Positions 13,271 through 26,675 of a stretch of 64,000 bases of DNA are shown here, in pieces. The first letter of the stretch is position 1; every line of letters starts with the position of its first letter. A model generated the notes under the pieces. It was not told where the DNA came from. It made no database searches and was given only the letters and a program-made list of their open reading frames with translations. Origin of the DNA: Elsinoe ampelina. Lineage: Eukaryota. The position numbers were made by a program, and so were the translations under genes. Location: positions 62,001-126,000 of the forward strand of contig ML992513.1 in the NCBI GenBank assembly GCA_010093995.1, written 5' to 3'.

Positions 13271-13501
13271 TGTTAGGGGTAGATTATATTAATACTAGTA
13301 AGTATATATAATAATTAACTTATAGTAGTATAAGGATAGCTCTCGATTAGTAGTGTAAATAATACTTAAGGAAACTATCTTCCTCCGCTAGTACGTAGTA
13401 AGATTAGAGCCTACACGTATAAGCTATCTAAAGCTAGCTAGACTCTAGATTCTTACACCTAATTAGAAGCTTATACCTTATCTCTAAAAATCCCTATAAT
13501 A
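13271..13501 (-). repeat. Gypsy 5' LTR
   Basis: TGTTAGGGG...ATAATA, direct repeat of 6513-6743. Confidence 0.95.
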
Positions 13502-13506
13502 GGAGC

Positions 13507-15631
13507 CTAAATATATATACTAAGGCTAGTATAAGTAGATTAAGTACTATTACTTAAATAAGTATCTAAGGCTAGAAGGATAGACACTAAACTAGTAGAC
13601 TATAAAGGAGATTAAATAAAGGCTAAATAATAAGACTCTTAAAGAGAGAATTAAGACTTCTATTACTAAGGAAGTATAATATTAAAAGGAGTTAACTCTA
13701 CTAGTGTTAATTAATATAGCTATTACTATTAGATTATACTTAGTATTTATCTTAGCTACTAGTAATATCTCTAACTTATAGATACTAGATTCTAGAGTAA
13801 CTAATTATATCTATAATTACACTATAAAGGATAGATATAAGGTTACTAGAATTATAGAACCTTATAAGAAACTATTCTATAGTAATACTTTACTTAGTAT
13901 TAAGAGTTAGAGAACTATTAATATTATAGCTCTTTACAAAGGAAAGTCTATAACTATCTATCTTATAAAGGTAGCCTATATACTATTAATTATAACTAAT
14001 CTAGTTAGCCTTAGGAGGTTTATTAATAGTAGAGTCTACTAGAACACTTAAACTATAGAGATTAGCTATAAAGGAAAAGTGCTCTTCTTAGTTATACTAA
14101 AGCATAACTAATATATTCTTAAGGATAACTCTAAAGCTCCTAATATTACTACTATAGTATTAAGGGATAATAATAATTATCTACTATTAGTATTTACTAT
14201 AGTTACTATAAGGACTAATTAATCTTAGTATAAAGTTATAGGCTATCTAAGCCTAAAGTCTATTAATTACCTTCTAACTACTATAGTTAGTAGTAAACTA
14301 ACTCTAACTAAGCCTAGTTTAGCTTAACTAATTTATCTTAGGTCTCTATATTAGACTTATAAGCTATTAAATGCTTAGTAGATTATATTAAGGAGCTCTA
14401 ATACTAAACTTACTATATTAAAGCTATTTAAGAGAACTACCTTTAATATTATTATTAATAGATTTACTAGCTATAATAAGGTAAGATATATAAGCTACTT
14501 TACTTATAGGACTACTAACTATTAACTAGTTACTACCTATACTTATAGATATAAGATTAATAAAATCTATATTAAGATAATTACTTATATTAAAAGCAAT
14601 TTTAGCTTTAAAATTAGATTCCTTAGGAGTAATAATAAGAGGGCCTTTAGCCTTAAATTTACTATCTTTCTAGATAGTAAAGAAATCTATTATAAGCTAT
14701 CTACTCCTTATACTTAAGCTTAGAATAGTTATAATAAAAGGATAAAAGCTATACTATTAAGGAGAGTAAGGGCAATTACTATCTTTACTAATCTACTAAG
14801 GGAATTACACTCTAAACTATATAGATTAGTAGCCTATCTAATTAATAGAATACCTCTTAAGAAGCTAAACTAGAAGACTCCTTTTAAGCTAGTTTATAGA
14901 TACTCTCTATTAGTTACTTATCTTAGGCTACTTAGATATAAAGCTTATACTTTAGATAAGCTTATTATAAGTAGTAATAAGCTTATACTAAGGGCTTATA
15001 TTAGCTATCTAGTTAGCTATAACTTAACTAACATCTTTAGGATCTTTATACTAGCCTCTAAGAAGGTTATTAGAACAAGAGATGTTAGATTTAATAAAAC
15101 TTAGTTCTATAAGCTAGAGGAACAACCTTAGCTAAAACTAATTAGATTACTTAATCTACTAAGGCTCCTATAGAAGGTTAATAAATCTAAAGGGGTATAT
15201 AAAGTAGAGGGAACAACTAAACTAAATCTAGTTTAGCATCTAGTTTAGTATCTAGTTTAGTATCTAGTTTAGTATCTAGTTTAGTATCTAGTTTAGTATC
15301 TAGTTTAGAATCTAGTTTAGAATCTAGTTTAGTAACCGAACTAGATACTATCTTAGACTCTAAGTTAGAGTAAGCTAGATTAAGGGCTAAGCCTATCTTA
15401 GTAGCTAGATAAGGGTCACCCTATTACACTAGATTAGTTACTACCTCTATTAGACTAATTAGATAAGGCTATTCTAGATCTAAACCTAGCTTAGATCTAG
15501 GAATCTTTACTAAATAAACAGTTCTTTAATACTCTAGCCTTACTACTATCTATAGTAGTATAGCTATCTCCTCTACTACTAGGAGGAGATAAAGCTAAAG
15601 GAGATAAGATAGAAGTTTAGACTAAAGGGGT
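13507..15631 (+). pseudogene. Copia gag knuckle, protease and integrase (RIP-mutated)
   Basis: De-RIP motifs: WILDSGATDHICN ~13779; WHKVMGHL ~14226; RFLRSDN ~14615; STPYTQAQNG ~14700; GYLVGYDSTNIFRIF...VIRTRDVRFDE ~15003-15100. Confidence 0.9.
15228..15332 (+). repeat. Coding minisatellite, 9 x 12 bp (CTAGTTTAG(T/C/A)AT), de-RIP peptide PVQH/PVQN, in the Copia IN-RT linker
   Basis: Directly visible tandem array that preserves the reading frame. Confidence 0.9.
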
Positions 15632-15660
15632 ACGTCACGAAAGTCCTAAGCGTAGGGAGT
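15632..15660 (+). repeat. Left terminal inverted repeat of the giant element
   Basis: Inverted match to 39364-39392. Confidence 0.8.
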
Positions 15661-15714
15661 TAGAATATTAGGTTTCTCCGTATTAAACTAAGTTTAACTA
15701 CGTTAAGTCGCTAC

Positions 15715-15807
15715 AAACGCACTACACCTACCTAAATTTAGTTAAACGTACTATACCTACCTAATTTTAGTTAAACGCACCGTACGTGCCTTAGATTAGA
15801 TAAACGC
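15715..15807 (+). repeat. Subterminal tandem repeat, ~3 copies of 29 bp
   Basis: AAACG(C/T) recurs at 15715, 15744, 15773 and 15802, with unit AAACGCACTACACCTACCTAAATTTAGTT; the third copy is diverged. Confidence 0.8.
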
Positions 15808-15829
15808 TCTACTTGCTGCAACTAGAATA

Positions 15830-16600
15830 GATGTAGAAATCAACGAGTATCTTCCGGAGAGGGCCCTCTAAGCTAGTGTTATTATAGATCTTGTCCGCTA
15901 GATAGAGGGGAAGTATATACTCTATATTATCGAAGCTCGGTATAGAAGCGCTTTCGCTATAATAGGAAAGTAGACATTGTACGCCTTGTTCTCTAGCTTA
16001 CGACATAAAACCCTAAACTAATATATACTTATTCTAACTCTATTTTATTATCTCTACTTAGTTGTCTATTAAGGTGTTAGATGTCTCTAAAGATAAGCAC
16101 TTTCGCGTAACTATATAGCTAGCGATAAAGGTTAACACTAACGAAAAGCGCCTCTATTGCCCTATAGCCTATAAGTTCTACTATCTAGCGGCCTATATTG
16201 TCGATAATATAAAACAAGCTTATAGAGGGGTATTTATAACTTAGGCTCGTAGATGCAAGGAAGCTTTTCCTAAGAAGGACTTAATTATTATAGCTAAGTA
16301 TAGTTATAATATTAAGTATAAATACCTATAGACCTATTCTAGTACTTAGAAGTCGTTAGTAATATAGGAAGAGAATAACAATAGAAGCTAGATACACTAC
16401 ATTAATAGTGGCTATAGTAGCGAGGCTATAGCCTATTCTAAGAAGATCGACACTAACACGGACAGGTGCGGGAAATGTAATAGACATTTAGTTTAGGCTA
16501 AGCTAATTCCTCGTCTACTAACACGGAATAGTATACCTACTAGAAGGATAATTCTAGAGCTACGAAAGACTACCTAGAAAAGTAAGGTCCGATAGACATT
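15830..16600 (+). pseudogene. SprT-like (GCNA/Spartan family) zinc metalloprotease, RIP-mutated
   Basis: De-RIP in one frame: TIQLAIKVDTDEKRL..IAHEFCHLAAHIVD..KQAHGGVFMTWARRC..AKHGYDIKYKYLWTC...HSKKIDTNTDRCGKCNGHLVQAKPIPR. HEXXH at 16170-16184; CGKC survives unmutated at 16467-16478. Boundaries approximate. Confidence 0.8.
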
Positions 16601-18019
16601 AGTATAGTATCTAAGTAGCCCCGGAGATAGTACTAAGGATATAGTAGTCTAAATAACAGCTCGAAGGTAGTTATAGCAAAGAAGTAAATACTCTTTCTAG
16701 GAAGTTTAAGATCTACCCTAACTACCTATCTATAAGGTTATTAGTAAGGAGGTAATTAGTAATAATAAGAGGCTCCTTCCGCTTCTTACTCTTCTCCTCT
16801 GCCTTACCGAGCTTAATACTAGTATAGCTATAGATACTAGCGAAGGTAGGGGTAGTACGCTTCTTGCCTTACTAGCTCTCGGCGCTAGTTATAGCAGTCG
16901 TCGGAGAGGTAATAGAGGTAGTGTCCGGGTTAAGATTATAGCACTTTATTACTATATATTAAAGATAAGGTTACCCCGATATATACTAAGCTTCCGGCAA
17001 TAACTCGTAGTTATAGCTATATATAAGTAATAGTAGTTATAGAGGGAGTAGTAGTAGTAGCTTTAGTTATAGTATACCTTACTATAGTAGAGAGCGAGAA
17101 GGAAGATATAGGGGAGAAAGGGGGTATTTCCCTCTCGGAGGTAGATATAATAACACTTTTTCCTACTATATCCCGCTACTCTACTATTACTACTACTAAG
17201 TAGTAGTTACGGTAATAGCGTATATAGGATAATCTAGTATACAATCTTATAGACAGGATTTGTCGTATATATATTATGTACTAATAATCTTACAAGGAAA
17301 TACTTATAACCTACATAGATACGGAGGAGGCTTTAGAGGACAAGGAAGAGGCTACTTGCCGTACTAAAGGGTAGCTTCTTCCTCGACTCGTTTCCCGCGT
17401 ATAGTATATATATAGAGATCGATAAGAATGTTCCCTAGTAGGTCTTCTAAGCTAGTGTTATTATAGATCTTGTCCGTTAGATAGAAAGGAATAAGTCCTT
17501 AGTAACTGCTCTAGTAGCATCGAGTAGATCCCTACGATATAATAGTAAATAGGGCAAAGCGCTATTGTCTATATTAGAGTCTTATTAGTAAACTTATTAT
17601 AGAGAATAAACTTTCCTCTTAGACCGCTAACTCTATTAGTAAAACTAACCTAAAGATAACTTACTAACCTAAGCCTTTTACCGCTATTGCTAAATACTTA
17701 AGGTATATCTTAAGTATCTTAAAGACTAACTTCTATAACGCCTCGCTATAATTTCCTAAGCTATCGTAATTAGTAAAGGAATAGACTAACTCTTTAGCGT
17801 AAAAACTATATAAGGCACCTTAGGCCGTAAACCCTATATAGTTTAGGGACTAACCTAATAATACATAGGTATAAACTAACTAGTTAGGGTAATACCTACG
17901 GAAGTTATTATAACTCGCTTACCTAACATAGTCTAGTAGTTAACCTAAGTATACCTAAGCGTTAGGCTATTAATATAAGAGACAATTGTTCTAGCTATAA
18001 AAGAAGTACTCTAGCTTCG

Positions 18020-21000
18020 TTAATGCCTACTACGCTTACTAACTACGCCTAGGGATCTTAACCTCTCTCGTTTTAAAGCCTTAGCTAGGTAGAGCTATTT
18101 AGACTCCTATAACTTATTCTATAGCATGTTATATGTGTCGAAGTTAGCTATATTATTAATATATATCCGGCCGTATAGCTTCGTTTTATCTACTAGCACG
18201 ACGTAGATACTATAGTAGATTTATAAGGTAGAGTAGATACGCCTACTAGTAAGAGCGTTCCGTCTAGCTCGCGCGCGTCGATTTGTCTAAGGCTTAATTA
18301 GTATTATGCTATACTCTCGATTAGCTACTCTATCTAGCCGAGTAGGCTAATATAGATCTACTAGCGCTCCTATATAGTATAGGCATTAACGCCGGCTTAA
18401 TCTACTAGACTAGAAGCTATCCTCTATAGTTATTATAAATATAATACGAGCTAGTAACTTACCTTATAGGCTATTAGGTAATGCTCTATTAGTGCCTTTG
18501 TTATTCGTTGTCTATTCTTGTACCTAGAGCTAGTCTTGCCTCTTATTACTACGTATTCTCTACTATTTAGTTATATACTAGATAAAGTCTTATTTGTCCG
18601 TATTAGGATTATTAGGATTATAGTCGAATAGTTTCCTACACTTTAAAGAATAGTAGAACTTAACGCGAAGGTTACTTACCCGGGAAGAATCTAGTTTAAG
18701 TCTGTTAGGATCTAGTTCGGCATTAAACTAATTAGGGTATTTAGTTCTCGAGTTAGAGCCTATATCGGCTATACCTTAACAAGCCTTACGGACAAACACC
18801 GCTATTACTTACTATAGCAATAGCCTAGGTAGTATGTTAATAAGCGCCTCTAGTTCTCTTACTATACGCTATATAGCTCTCCCCTTAGCGCTAGGCTAGC
18901 TAAACTAAGAAGTAACGTTTACTACATCGCTTACGCCGACTAGCGTACTTTAGATCTTAATTAGTTTAGTAGCTAATAGCCTAACTAACTTCGAGGGGTT
19001 ATCGAATACTACTAATATGTTTACTAGTTTAGTGTTATAAGTAGTAACCTAGTCTTCCTATCTAGCCTTCTTATTTGTAAGTTTAAAGGCGTCCTTAATA
19101 AAGCATACATAATTGTGCTTTAAATAATTAGAATTAAGGCTAGTAACTACTTTAAAATTATAGATAGCCTTCGAAAAATGTATTATTAAGTGCTATTTTA
19201 GAAAGTTAAAGTTGCTCTCTTCTTTCCTGTTGCTATAATAGGCCCGGAAGGTTTCTTTATACTTGTTTATCCTAAAGAGCGTAAGGTTAATATACCGGAG
19301 TATATCGTCGTTATAGGTCTTATAGTTTACTAGTAATATAAAGTCGACTAGTACGCGTATAAACTTAATAGCTTAAGGCGCCTTAACCTCCTCGAGTAGC
19401 GGTATAAATACTAGAAGTATCTAGCGTATAATACTCTTCTACTCTTAACCTGTCTATTACTTAATAGCTAAGTAGTATAAGAAGTGTCGAATGCTAGGAA
19501 ACACTAGTATACTATCGAAACGCTTATTAATAATATTAAGTATAATCTTCTTTACTAAGCGCTAGTAGCCTATTCGCTATATAGTCTCTTTAGCCTTTAT
19601 ATACCGTAGTAATCTCTATATAGGTATTAAATCCTAGAGCAATTTTTAAGTCTAGCGTAAGACGTGTATTAAAACGCCTTTAAGAAGTTAGTATAGAATA
19701 TCTAGCACTATCGCGTAGTAAATATTAGTATACGAAAGATCCTATATAAAGTAACTAACTATATAAACCTAAGAGCTTATATCTATCTTCTCGCCTCGCT
19801 ACTAACTCTCGCGTGCTTTTCTCTATAAGCGCTATTATCGCTACGTAGAGTAGTAAGTTTAGAACGGCATAGTAACTACTAGATTCTCCCTTTTGTCCTT
19901 ACTAATTAGGCAACTTATACAATGATATAGTAACTTTATACCGGTTATAGTAACCTATTCGGTGTAATTTATAGACATAGTAGTAAGTATAGAGAAGTAC
20001 CTCTATCTCTTTCTATTTGTATAGGAGATTATTTCGCCCTCTCTCGAGTAGTAATTAATAACAGCGTTAAAGATTTTCTTTATACAAGCGTAGTAGGTCT
20101 TCTCCTTGACGATATTACTACTATCTTTAATAATAGAAAGTAAGCCGATTAGTAACTACCTCGGCCGGTAGTTGCTATTATATACTTCTACCTTTAGGTT
20201 GCCTAATAATAGATAGATAGTATATACTATAAGATCTCCTTAATAGTTTATTACCTAGGTCTAATTACTTACGACAATTAATGGAATAATAGTAGCCCCT
20301 AGTATCCTAAGTCGCTTTTGTGTGTTCTACTACTAGTCGCTACTTGCTATTTTAGTGTACACTCGTCGTAGTAGCTTACCCTCGATAGCTTCTATAAAGA
20401 CTCTATATAGGCTATAGTCTATATCTGCTATAAAACCGCGATAGCTAAGCAAGAAGTGTATCGCTATAAGAATATCTAGATGCCGGAACGTGTGTCTTTT
20501 AGGCCTACGATTAGTGTTTAGTATAAAGCTCGAGGTCTACTAGCCGTTAATACCCTCGCCTGTATCTAAATTCTCTATCTTCTCTATTAGTTCATTCGTA
20601 GTTCGCTAACTAAGGCTCTCTACTAGAGGTTATATACGTAGGTCTTTAAGCAATTACGTAATTATAGCTCTACTAAGTTTCTCCTTTATAAGCTACTAGG
20701 CAAGACCTACGTCTATACTACTAATAAAGGCTTCCTTTAGTTAAGTCTCGCCTAACTAATTATAATTTAGTTCATCGTCGGTGTTAGTATATATATTATA
20801 GACTTAGGGAGATCTAGATAAGATTAGTTAACGCGAACTAAGGATAAACTATATCTATAACTAACTCTTTGCTGCTAGCTAGTATACTAGTAGCTATCTT
20901 AAACATAGTATAATTAGATGTAGCTCTACTAAATAAGGACAACCTCCTAGTACTCCGCTCTATAGATATGCTACTAGTTATGCTTACTGTAATTACTTAC

Positions 21001-21557
21001 TCTTTCTCGTGTATATCTTCTATTATAACCTTGTCTATGCTCTCCTCTTCCTTGTGTACGTTACTATCGAGCCTACTATTACTATTACTGTCTATTCTAC
21101 GTGCTAGAGGTCGAGGATTAAGGTCGGTAAAGAGACTAAGAGGATTGTCCGCTATACTATGCTATATAGTAGGCAAAGGGGGAAGGACACTCTCTGCCGG
21201 CTATAGACTTTCGTTTTTACTCTAGTATTTAGTTTAATTCTTAGTTACTGTTATTCGCGGCGGAGTAAAGTAAACTAGCAAGTTATTTAGCATTAGCGGA
21301 CTATGTTATATATTACTAGTAATACTACCTCGTTAGCCTTTATTAGATAGTAAGCGCTCTCCCTTATTAAACAAGCGGAGATTGTTATTAGTATTGTCTC
21401 TACGTAGATGTCTATTACTACGTTACTCTAGTAAGACTTGCGCTATGTTACTTATTAGTAGCTCTCTTCTCTAGTAATATAGTAGATGTTAGATAAGGCC
21501 TCTACTAGATTATATAATCTTCCTATAGGCCGAGTATTTACTAATTTGCCTTAGTAT
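18020..21557 (-). pseudogene. Plavaka-family (CMC-related) transposase with N-terminal C2H2 finger and acidic linker, RIP-mutated
   Basis: De-RIP: RRVYTEMASGDWWWNTQKRL..GATIIPLIVASDQTQV...AIYLSLGNL...RPGWLLIGLLPI (~20140-20370); ADYTEQV..TGIKSHYHCTSC (~19915-19980); PDILHQLLKGVF (~19675-19705); C-terminal HVVP...YVNN..DFDTYNML (~18120-18215); N-terminal CSACGK...LIQHL (~21480-21540). Confidence 0.85.
20791..21257. repeat. Internal direct repeat 1, copy A (acidic N-terminal region of the transposase)
   Basis: Aligns without obvious gaps to 28143-28609 (offset 7352). Confidence 0.9.
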
Positions 21558-21639
21558 ATCTGTGTTTGTCGCTTAAGATCTAAATTCGTAGTTAGAGTTA
21601 GCTAGCTAAATTTTAGCAATAGTAGGAAGTAAGAAACGT

Positions 21640-24620
21640 TTAGATACTATATTATATTAGGTAACCTAAAAGATAGTTTAACATGTATAGGGAACTAAAT
21701 TAGTCTACTAAACTAAAGAATTACATTTTTAGGTGATATAGTTAGACTATTATCTAGTAATCTTAATTATTATCTATAACAATTGTGTTCTTCTTCGCTA
21801 TAGCTTATTAAAGTTTCTAGATCTTTGCCCTCTACTTCTCTATTTCCTCGTAGATAACCTTCTATATTATTAATAGCCTACTCTATCTACTATTAAGCTA
21901 TTCTAGAGGCCTATAGAATAGAGCTGTCGGCTTTATTATAAACGCCTCTATATAGTTAGCTTTCTAAGACTTAATATTTCTATAGACCCGAGCTAGATAC
22001 TAAAGGATAGATTATAACACTAACGCTATGTTAAGTAAGATTATAGTGTCGAAGCGGTTTAGATTAAGACTAGTCTTAATAGCTCTACTCTAGGCAATTA
22101 AGATCCTTAAGCCTTCCGGCCTATTAGGTTCGATAAACGTATTATTAGACATAGCTACGTCGACGATATCTATATAGGCAGGTATAGATGTTATTCTATA
22201 GTAGACAACAACTACATTAGCATTCTTATTAATCCTAATTGCTTTGCTGTCTAGGTGCTTCTTAAGCTATTTTAGATACTATGCCCTTGTTAGTAATAAC
22301 CTAAATAGACTAAATAGACCGAACTAACCGTTGTAGCGACTACTAGCACTAACAGTATAAACGTATAGACAATTACTTGCCTCTTTAGCTCCTTCGAATA
22401 GGAGACGTTCTACTTAATAATCTTAGAAATAACACTATAAAGGACCTTTATCTAAGGACTAGCGTAGATCTTATCTATGTGCTACTATAGCGCTATCTCC
22501 GAGGGGTTATATATAATTTTATAGACAAACTTAATAGTAAAGTCGCTAAACTCTTCTACGACTACGGGATTGTCCTAGAATATATCTATAAGAGCGAGAA
22601 ATATAGAGAAAAGTAGTAGTAGCGTAACTAGGCTTAGTATTTACTCCTTAGTCTTCTTATTAAGGATTGTCTCTAATATTACTTTAGGCTTGTTAGATTT
22701 GTCCTTTTACCTATTAATTGCCTCTTATATACTCTTATCTATATTCCGTTTAATCTTCTTCTATATATTTATAAGACTATAAAGATACTTATTCTCGATA
22801 GTAATCTCTAGGTTAAAGGTAGAATATAGTAGAACTCTAATAGCTAGTAGACTAGGAGTAGTATCGAAAGGTTTCTAGATGTAGTCTACGTTTATCTTAA
22901 TAAGAATGTTCGTAAGAATAGTGCCCTATTTGCCGACTATTACTATAATCTCTTTTATAAACTATATACTTCTCTTTTTGTTAAACTTACTAGAGTCGTT
23001 GTTCGCCTTATACTATTTATTAATTACAAAGGCATAGTCTAATACTATTTAGAAGTTAAGCTTGTTAGCGATAGCTTATTAAGTCTTATCTAGTGTTATC
23101 TTTAGTGTTACTTAACATTTGTTGTCCTTAGCCTTAGTTAGCTCCTACTTAGATTTATAGATATAGTTCTTGTTAAATTCTCCTATTCTACTTCTATTTG
23201 CATTAAGCTTTTCTAATCTAAAGTCCTTATATATAGCCGCTATTAAGAACGCTACTATATTTAAGCACTTAACAAATAGCGTCCCGCTTATACCTAGTAT
23301 AAAAGGCCTCCCCGGTAGTATTCCTAGATAACACTAGGTCTACGTCTTCTAGCTAGTAACCTAATAGAACTTATTAAAGATAACAGCGGCCTAGTTTATA
23401 GGCGTAGACCTCGGCTTTCTCTCTTGTCCCTTAGGAACAAAGTTCTAATCCTTAGTATTTATATTATTCTTACTAAGGAAGTAGTAGATTATAGTGTTAT
23501 AAGTGGTAAAGAAGAACTAATTATTTATCTATAAGGTCCGGGGGTGTCGCTTATGTATATTAACTAGTTATAAGACTATAATAGTGTCGATAGGCTCGCT
23601 AGACTTATCTATCGGCTAAGACTTCTATTAGCGGTAGTCTATAGGTAGATTCTCTTTGCAAATTAAAGTGTCTATGTTATATACGTCGCTATACTTATAT
23701 TCTCGTATAGCTTAGAATATCCTTCCCTAGTATAGAACGACCTTTATATTAGGTATAAACTTCCGTGTCTCCTACACTTACTATTTTATTACGTTTAATC
23801 CGCTAATAATTAGATTATAGTTAATAGTATCCGTAGAAGCGATATCTAGCTATAGCTCGTTAACTAGTGTCTTTACCTTCTAGTACTTGCTCTACTTGTC
23901 CTTAGGTATAGTAGTATAGTTAGTATCCTAGATAACCTTTTTATTTAAGTTCTAAATTAGTAAGAGGAAGAAGAGTCCTATCGGAGTCTTTCTAAATTCT
24001 ATCTTATATATAAACACAAATGCTAGATAGCCTTCGAGGTATTTCTTAAGTATAACAAGTGCTAAGTATATCTATACTACCTTAACTAGATACTTCTTGT
24101 TCTAACTAAAACACTATATACTAGCGTTTAGTAAGTAGATGTCTTTCTTAAAGCCTATAAAGTTATAGACTCTCTCCTAGAACTCTTCGGACTAGTAATT
24201 AATTCTAGTGCCTATAGAGATAAAGCTTTAGTTAGCTAGATTATTACTAGTTTACTTGTCGTCGTTGTTGTTTATAGTATAAAGTTTAACAAAGTTCGAG
24301 CTACTAAGAGTCTTATTAAATATACAAGTTACAAGCGCTAGGATAGGTATAGATAGTATCTTAGAGACTAACGGAATATAGTACCTTACTTACTCCTTAC
24401 TAGGTATAATTATAAAGGGATACTAATTGCTATCTCGGCATTGCTTGTAGTATTTGTCTTCTATTACCCGAGTAGGACGATAGTTAATAGTAGTATTATT
24501 CTCGTTAGGTAGTAGAGAGCTAGGTTGCTTCTTAGGGGTAGATTTATATAGTAGTAGGCGCTTAGCCGGAGATAGAGAGGCTAGAGGTTCCTCTTCCTCT
24601 TCCTCCTAGACTAGAGTCGA
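21640..24620 (-). pseudogene. SF2 helicase/ATPase, SNF2-like, RIP-mutated
   Basis: De-RIP: Walker A EMGFGKT ~23985-24008; motif Ia NLII...VIEQWVQE ~23765-23820; W.AVIFDEFH ~23364-23395; ILGMSGTP ~23277-23300; C-lobe ILI...AIETGLNL...IILLD...YLARVHR ~21980-22105. Boundaries approximate. Confidence 0.75.
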
Positions 24621-24849
24621 TAGCTTCTAACTATTATAATACTAAAGAGGGTTAACTAAGTATGTTAGTATATACCTAAGTCGAACTAAGTATTAAACTT
24701 ATAAAGTACTTCTTCGGGAAGCTTCTTAACTAGATCTATACTAGGCGTAAGATAGACGAAGATTATATTACTACCTTTAACTAGGGAGTTAATATAGTTA
24801 ATTATAGTAGTACGTAGGTCGTAGTTGTCTAAGATAGGTAGGATGTTAT

Positions 24850-25744
24850 ATAGCTCTATATAATCTATCTATATAAGAATAATGTTATTACTAACTAACT
24901 TCTTCTTCTTTAGAAATAGCTTAATATTATTAAGGCTATATACGTTCGAATTATAATCCCCTAGATGTGACCTTAAAATTCTTAGACTAAACGCCTATAG
25001 ACAACGTAAATATTCTCTCTTTATAATTATGCCTAGGCTAATGTCTAATTACTTAACAATTATAAAGTTAATAATAGTTTTGTTAATAATACTCTAGACT
25101 AGACGAGATATGTCCTCTAGTATTTGCTACTAACGTATAGGCTAACTAGTGTAGTAATTAATATCTATACCTATAAGTCCGCTACCGAGTATAGAAGTCT
25201 CTAATCTTTTAGAGAGTCTACTATTAGACTAGGTAGCGGAGGGGCGCTTTCTAATATACTTCTTAGGATAAGCCTTCTTGTCTACTTTAGTCTAATTCTT
25301 CTTATTCCTAAGCTCTTACGCCTTAATAGTAAGGACAAAATCTTTAATAACATTATAACTAGATATATCGTTATAGTTTCTAACGTTCCTCTTAAACTAG
25401 TCTTAGTCTTAATAGTGTAGTCTTTAAAAGAAGATCTTTGTATAGTTATCCTAAGAGTATTATAGGGAAGTTTTAATGTTGTCTATAATCGTAGTTATAT
25501 TAATGTTACTATCCTAAGGTTTCTTATATTTAAGTCTTAGAACTGTATAGGTATTCTTATATTCTTTCTACGCTCTTACGCGTGTAGCGGCGTACTAGTT
25601 GTCGTTCTAGTTAAAGAATTTAAGGAAGAATCTCTTAATCTTAAGGTTTTTATCGAGCTATACTTAAATTTCTATAGGAGGTCTTTTGTAAAGCGAAATG
25701 TTATTAGTAGCTATACTAGCGCTATTAGGCTAATTCTTAGACAT
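24850..25744 (-). pseudogene. Unknown cargo gene, paralog of the N-terminal part of the gene at ~30850-33020
   Basis: Surviving ATG at 25744. Shared blocks with 32630-32880: GTTCCTCTTAAACTAGTCT vs GTTCTCCTTAAACTAGTCT, and FFNQNDNWY vs FFFNQDNW.Y. Confidence 0.45.
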
Positions 25745-26675
25745 ATTACGTACGTCTATAAGCTTAGTATATGCTATAAATAAAGCTTAGAATAATATCT
25801 AGTAAATAGGTTAAGTAGGTGTAGTAGATATTAAAGAAGAGATTCTATAAAGGTGTTATGTATTTATAAGTTTAGAAGAATTAAGGAGAGGATTTGTTAA
25901 TATAGTAGGTCTATACACTTTGTAATATATGCCTAACTAAGACTTAACTAAAGAGGAGATATTTAAGTAAAGAGCGCTTAAAAGAGAGATTAAAGAGGTT
26001 AAAGAAATACTAGAGAGCTATATAAGTTATTTGTTTATATATAAGAGAGTATAAACAAAGGTAAACTAAAGCAATTAAGGAGAGAAGTGACCTAAATTTA
26101 GTCGACTTAGGTTAGGCCCTGAACTAAGCACGTAGTAGTATACTAGATACAGTATATATATAATAGTAGATCACTTAGTTTAGACACTAAACTAAGAGTA
26201 ACTATAGTCCGTATACTTAGTTACCTTTTATTTTACATGCCGTATATACTAAGGATACTATTGTCGTATTTAGGGTAGATCTTAAGGGATAATAGTCTAA
26301 TAAATAAAGGGAATATAGTAGTAGTTAACGTGAAATAATTAAACAATTTTTTAACAGCGAAACTAGTATTCGTATATAAAGGACAATAGTAATAGAACAC
26401 AAATAGAAGGTAGTTAGTAGCCTATAGCAGAATAAAGAGCATAGTATATATAGCGTATAGTATAGCTTATAGATGCTAGTAAAGGAACAAAGAAAGTAAT
26501 ATACTACTATCTAATTATCTAGACTTTATAATTGCTACATGTAGAATCGAGTAGTAGAGTAGAGTAAAGGCTATATATTCTGTAGAATAGGCAGTTAATA
26601 GTACATTCTACATAATTATAAATGCGCTTTATTCCTCGCCTAGCTCTACTAGAAAGGCAATAGCGAGAGAGGACG

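Larger units (their letters stand above)
6513..13501 (-). mobile_element. RIP-inactivated Ty3/Gypsy chromovirus nested in Copia gag
   Basis: 231-bp LTRs at 6513-6743 and 13271-13501. TSD AGAGC/GGAGC (6508-6512, 13502-13506, one G>A). Minus-strand PPT at 6744-6757. Gypsy domain order on the minus strand. Confidence 0.95.

Noticed and set aside
15228..15807. CRISPR-like or telomeric arrays
   Set aside because: Eukaryotic context with no unique spacers. The 12-mer is an in-frame coding repeat and the 29-mer is a subterminal TE repeat.
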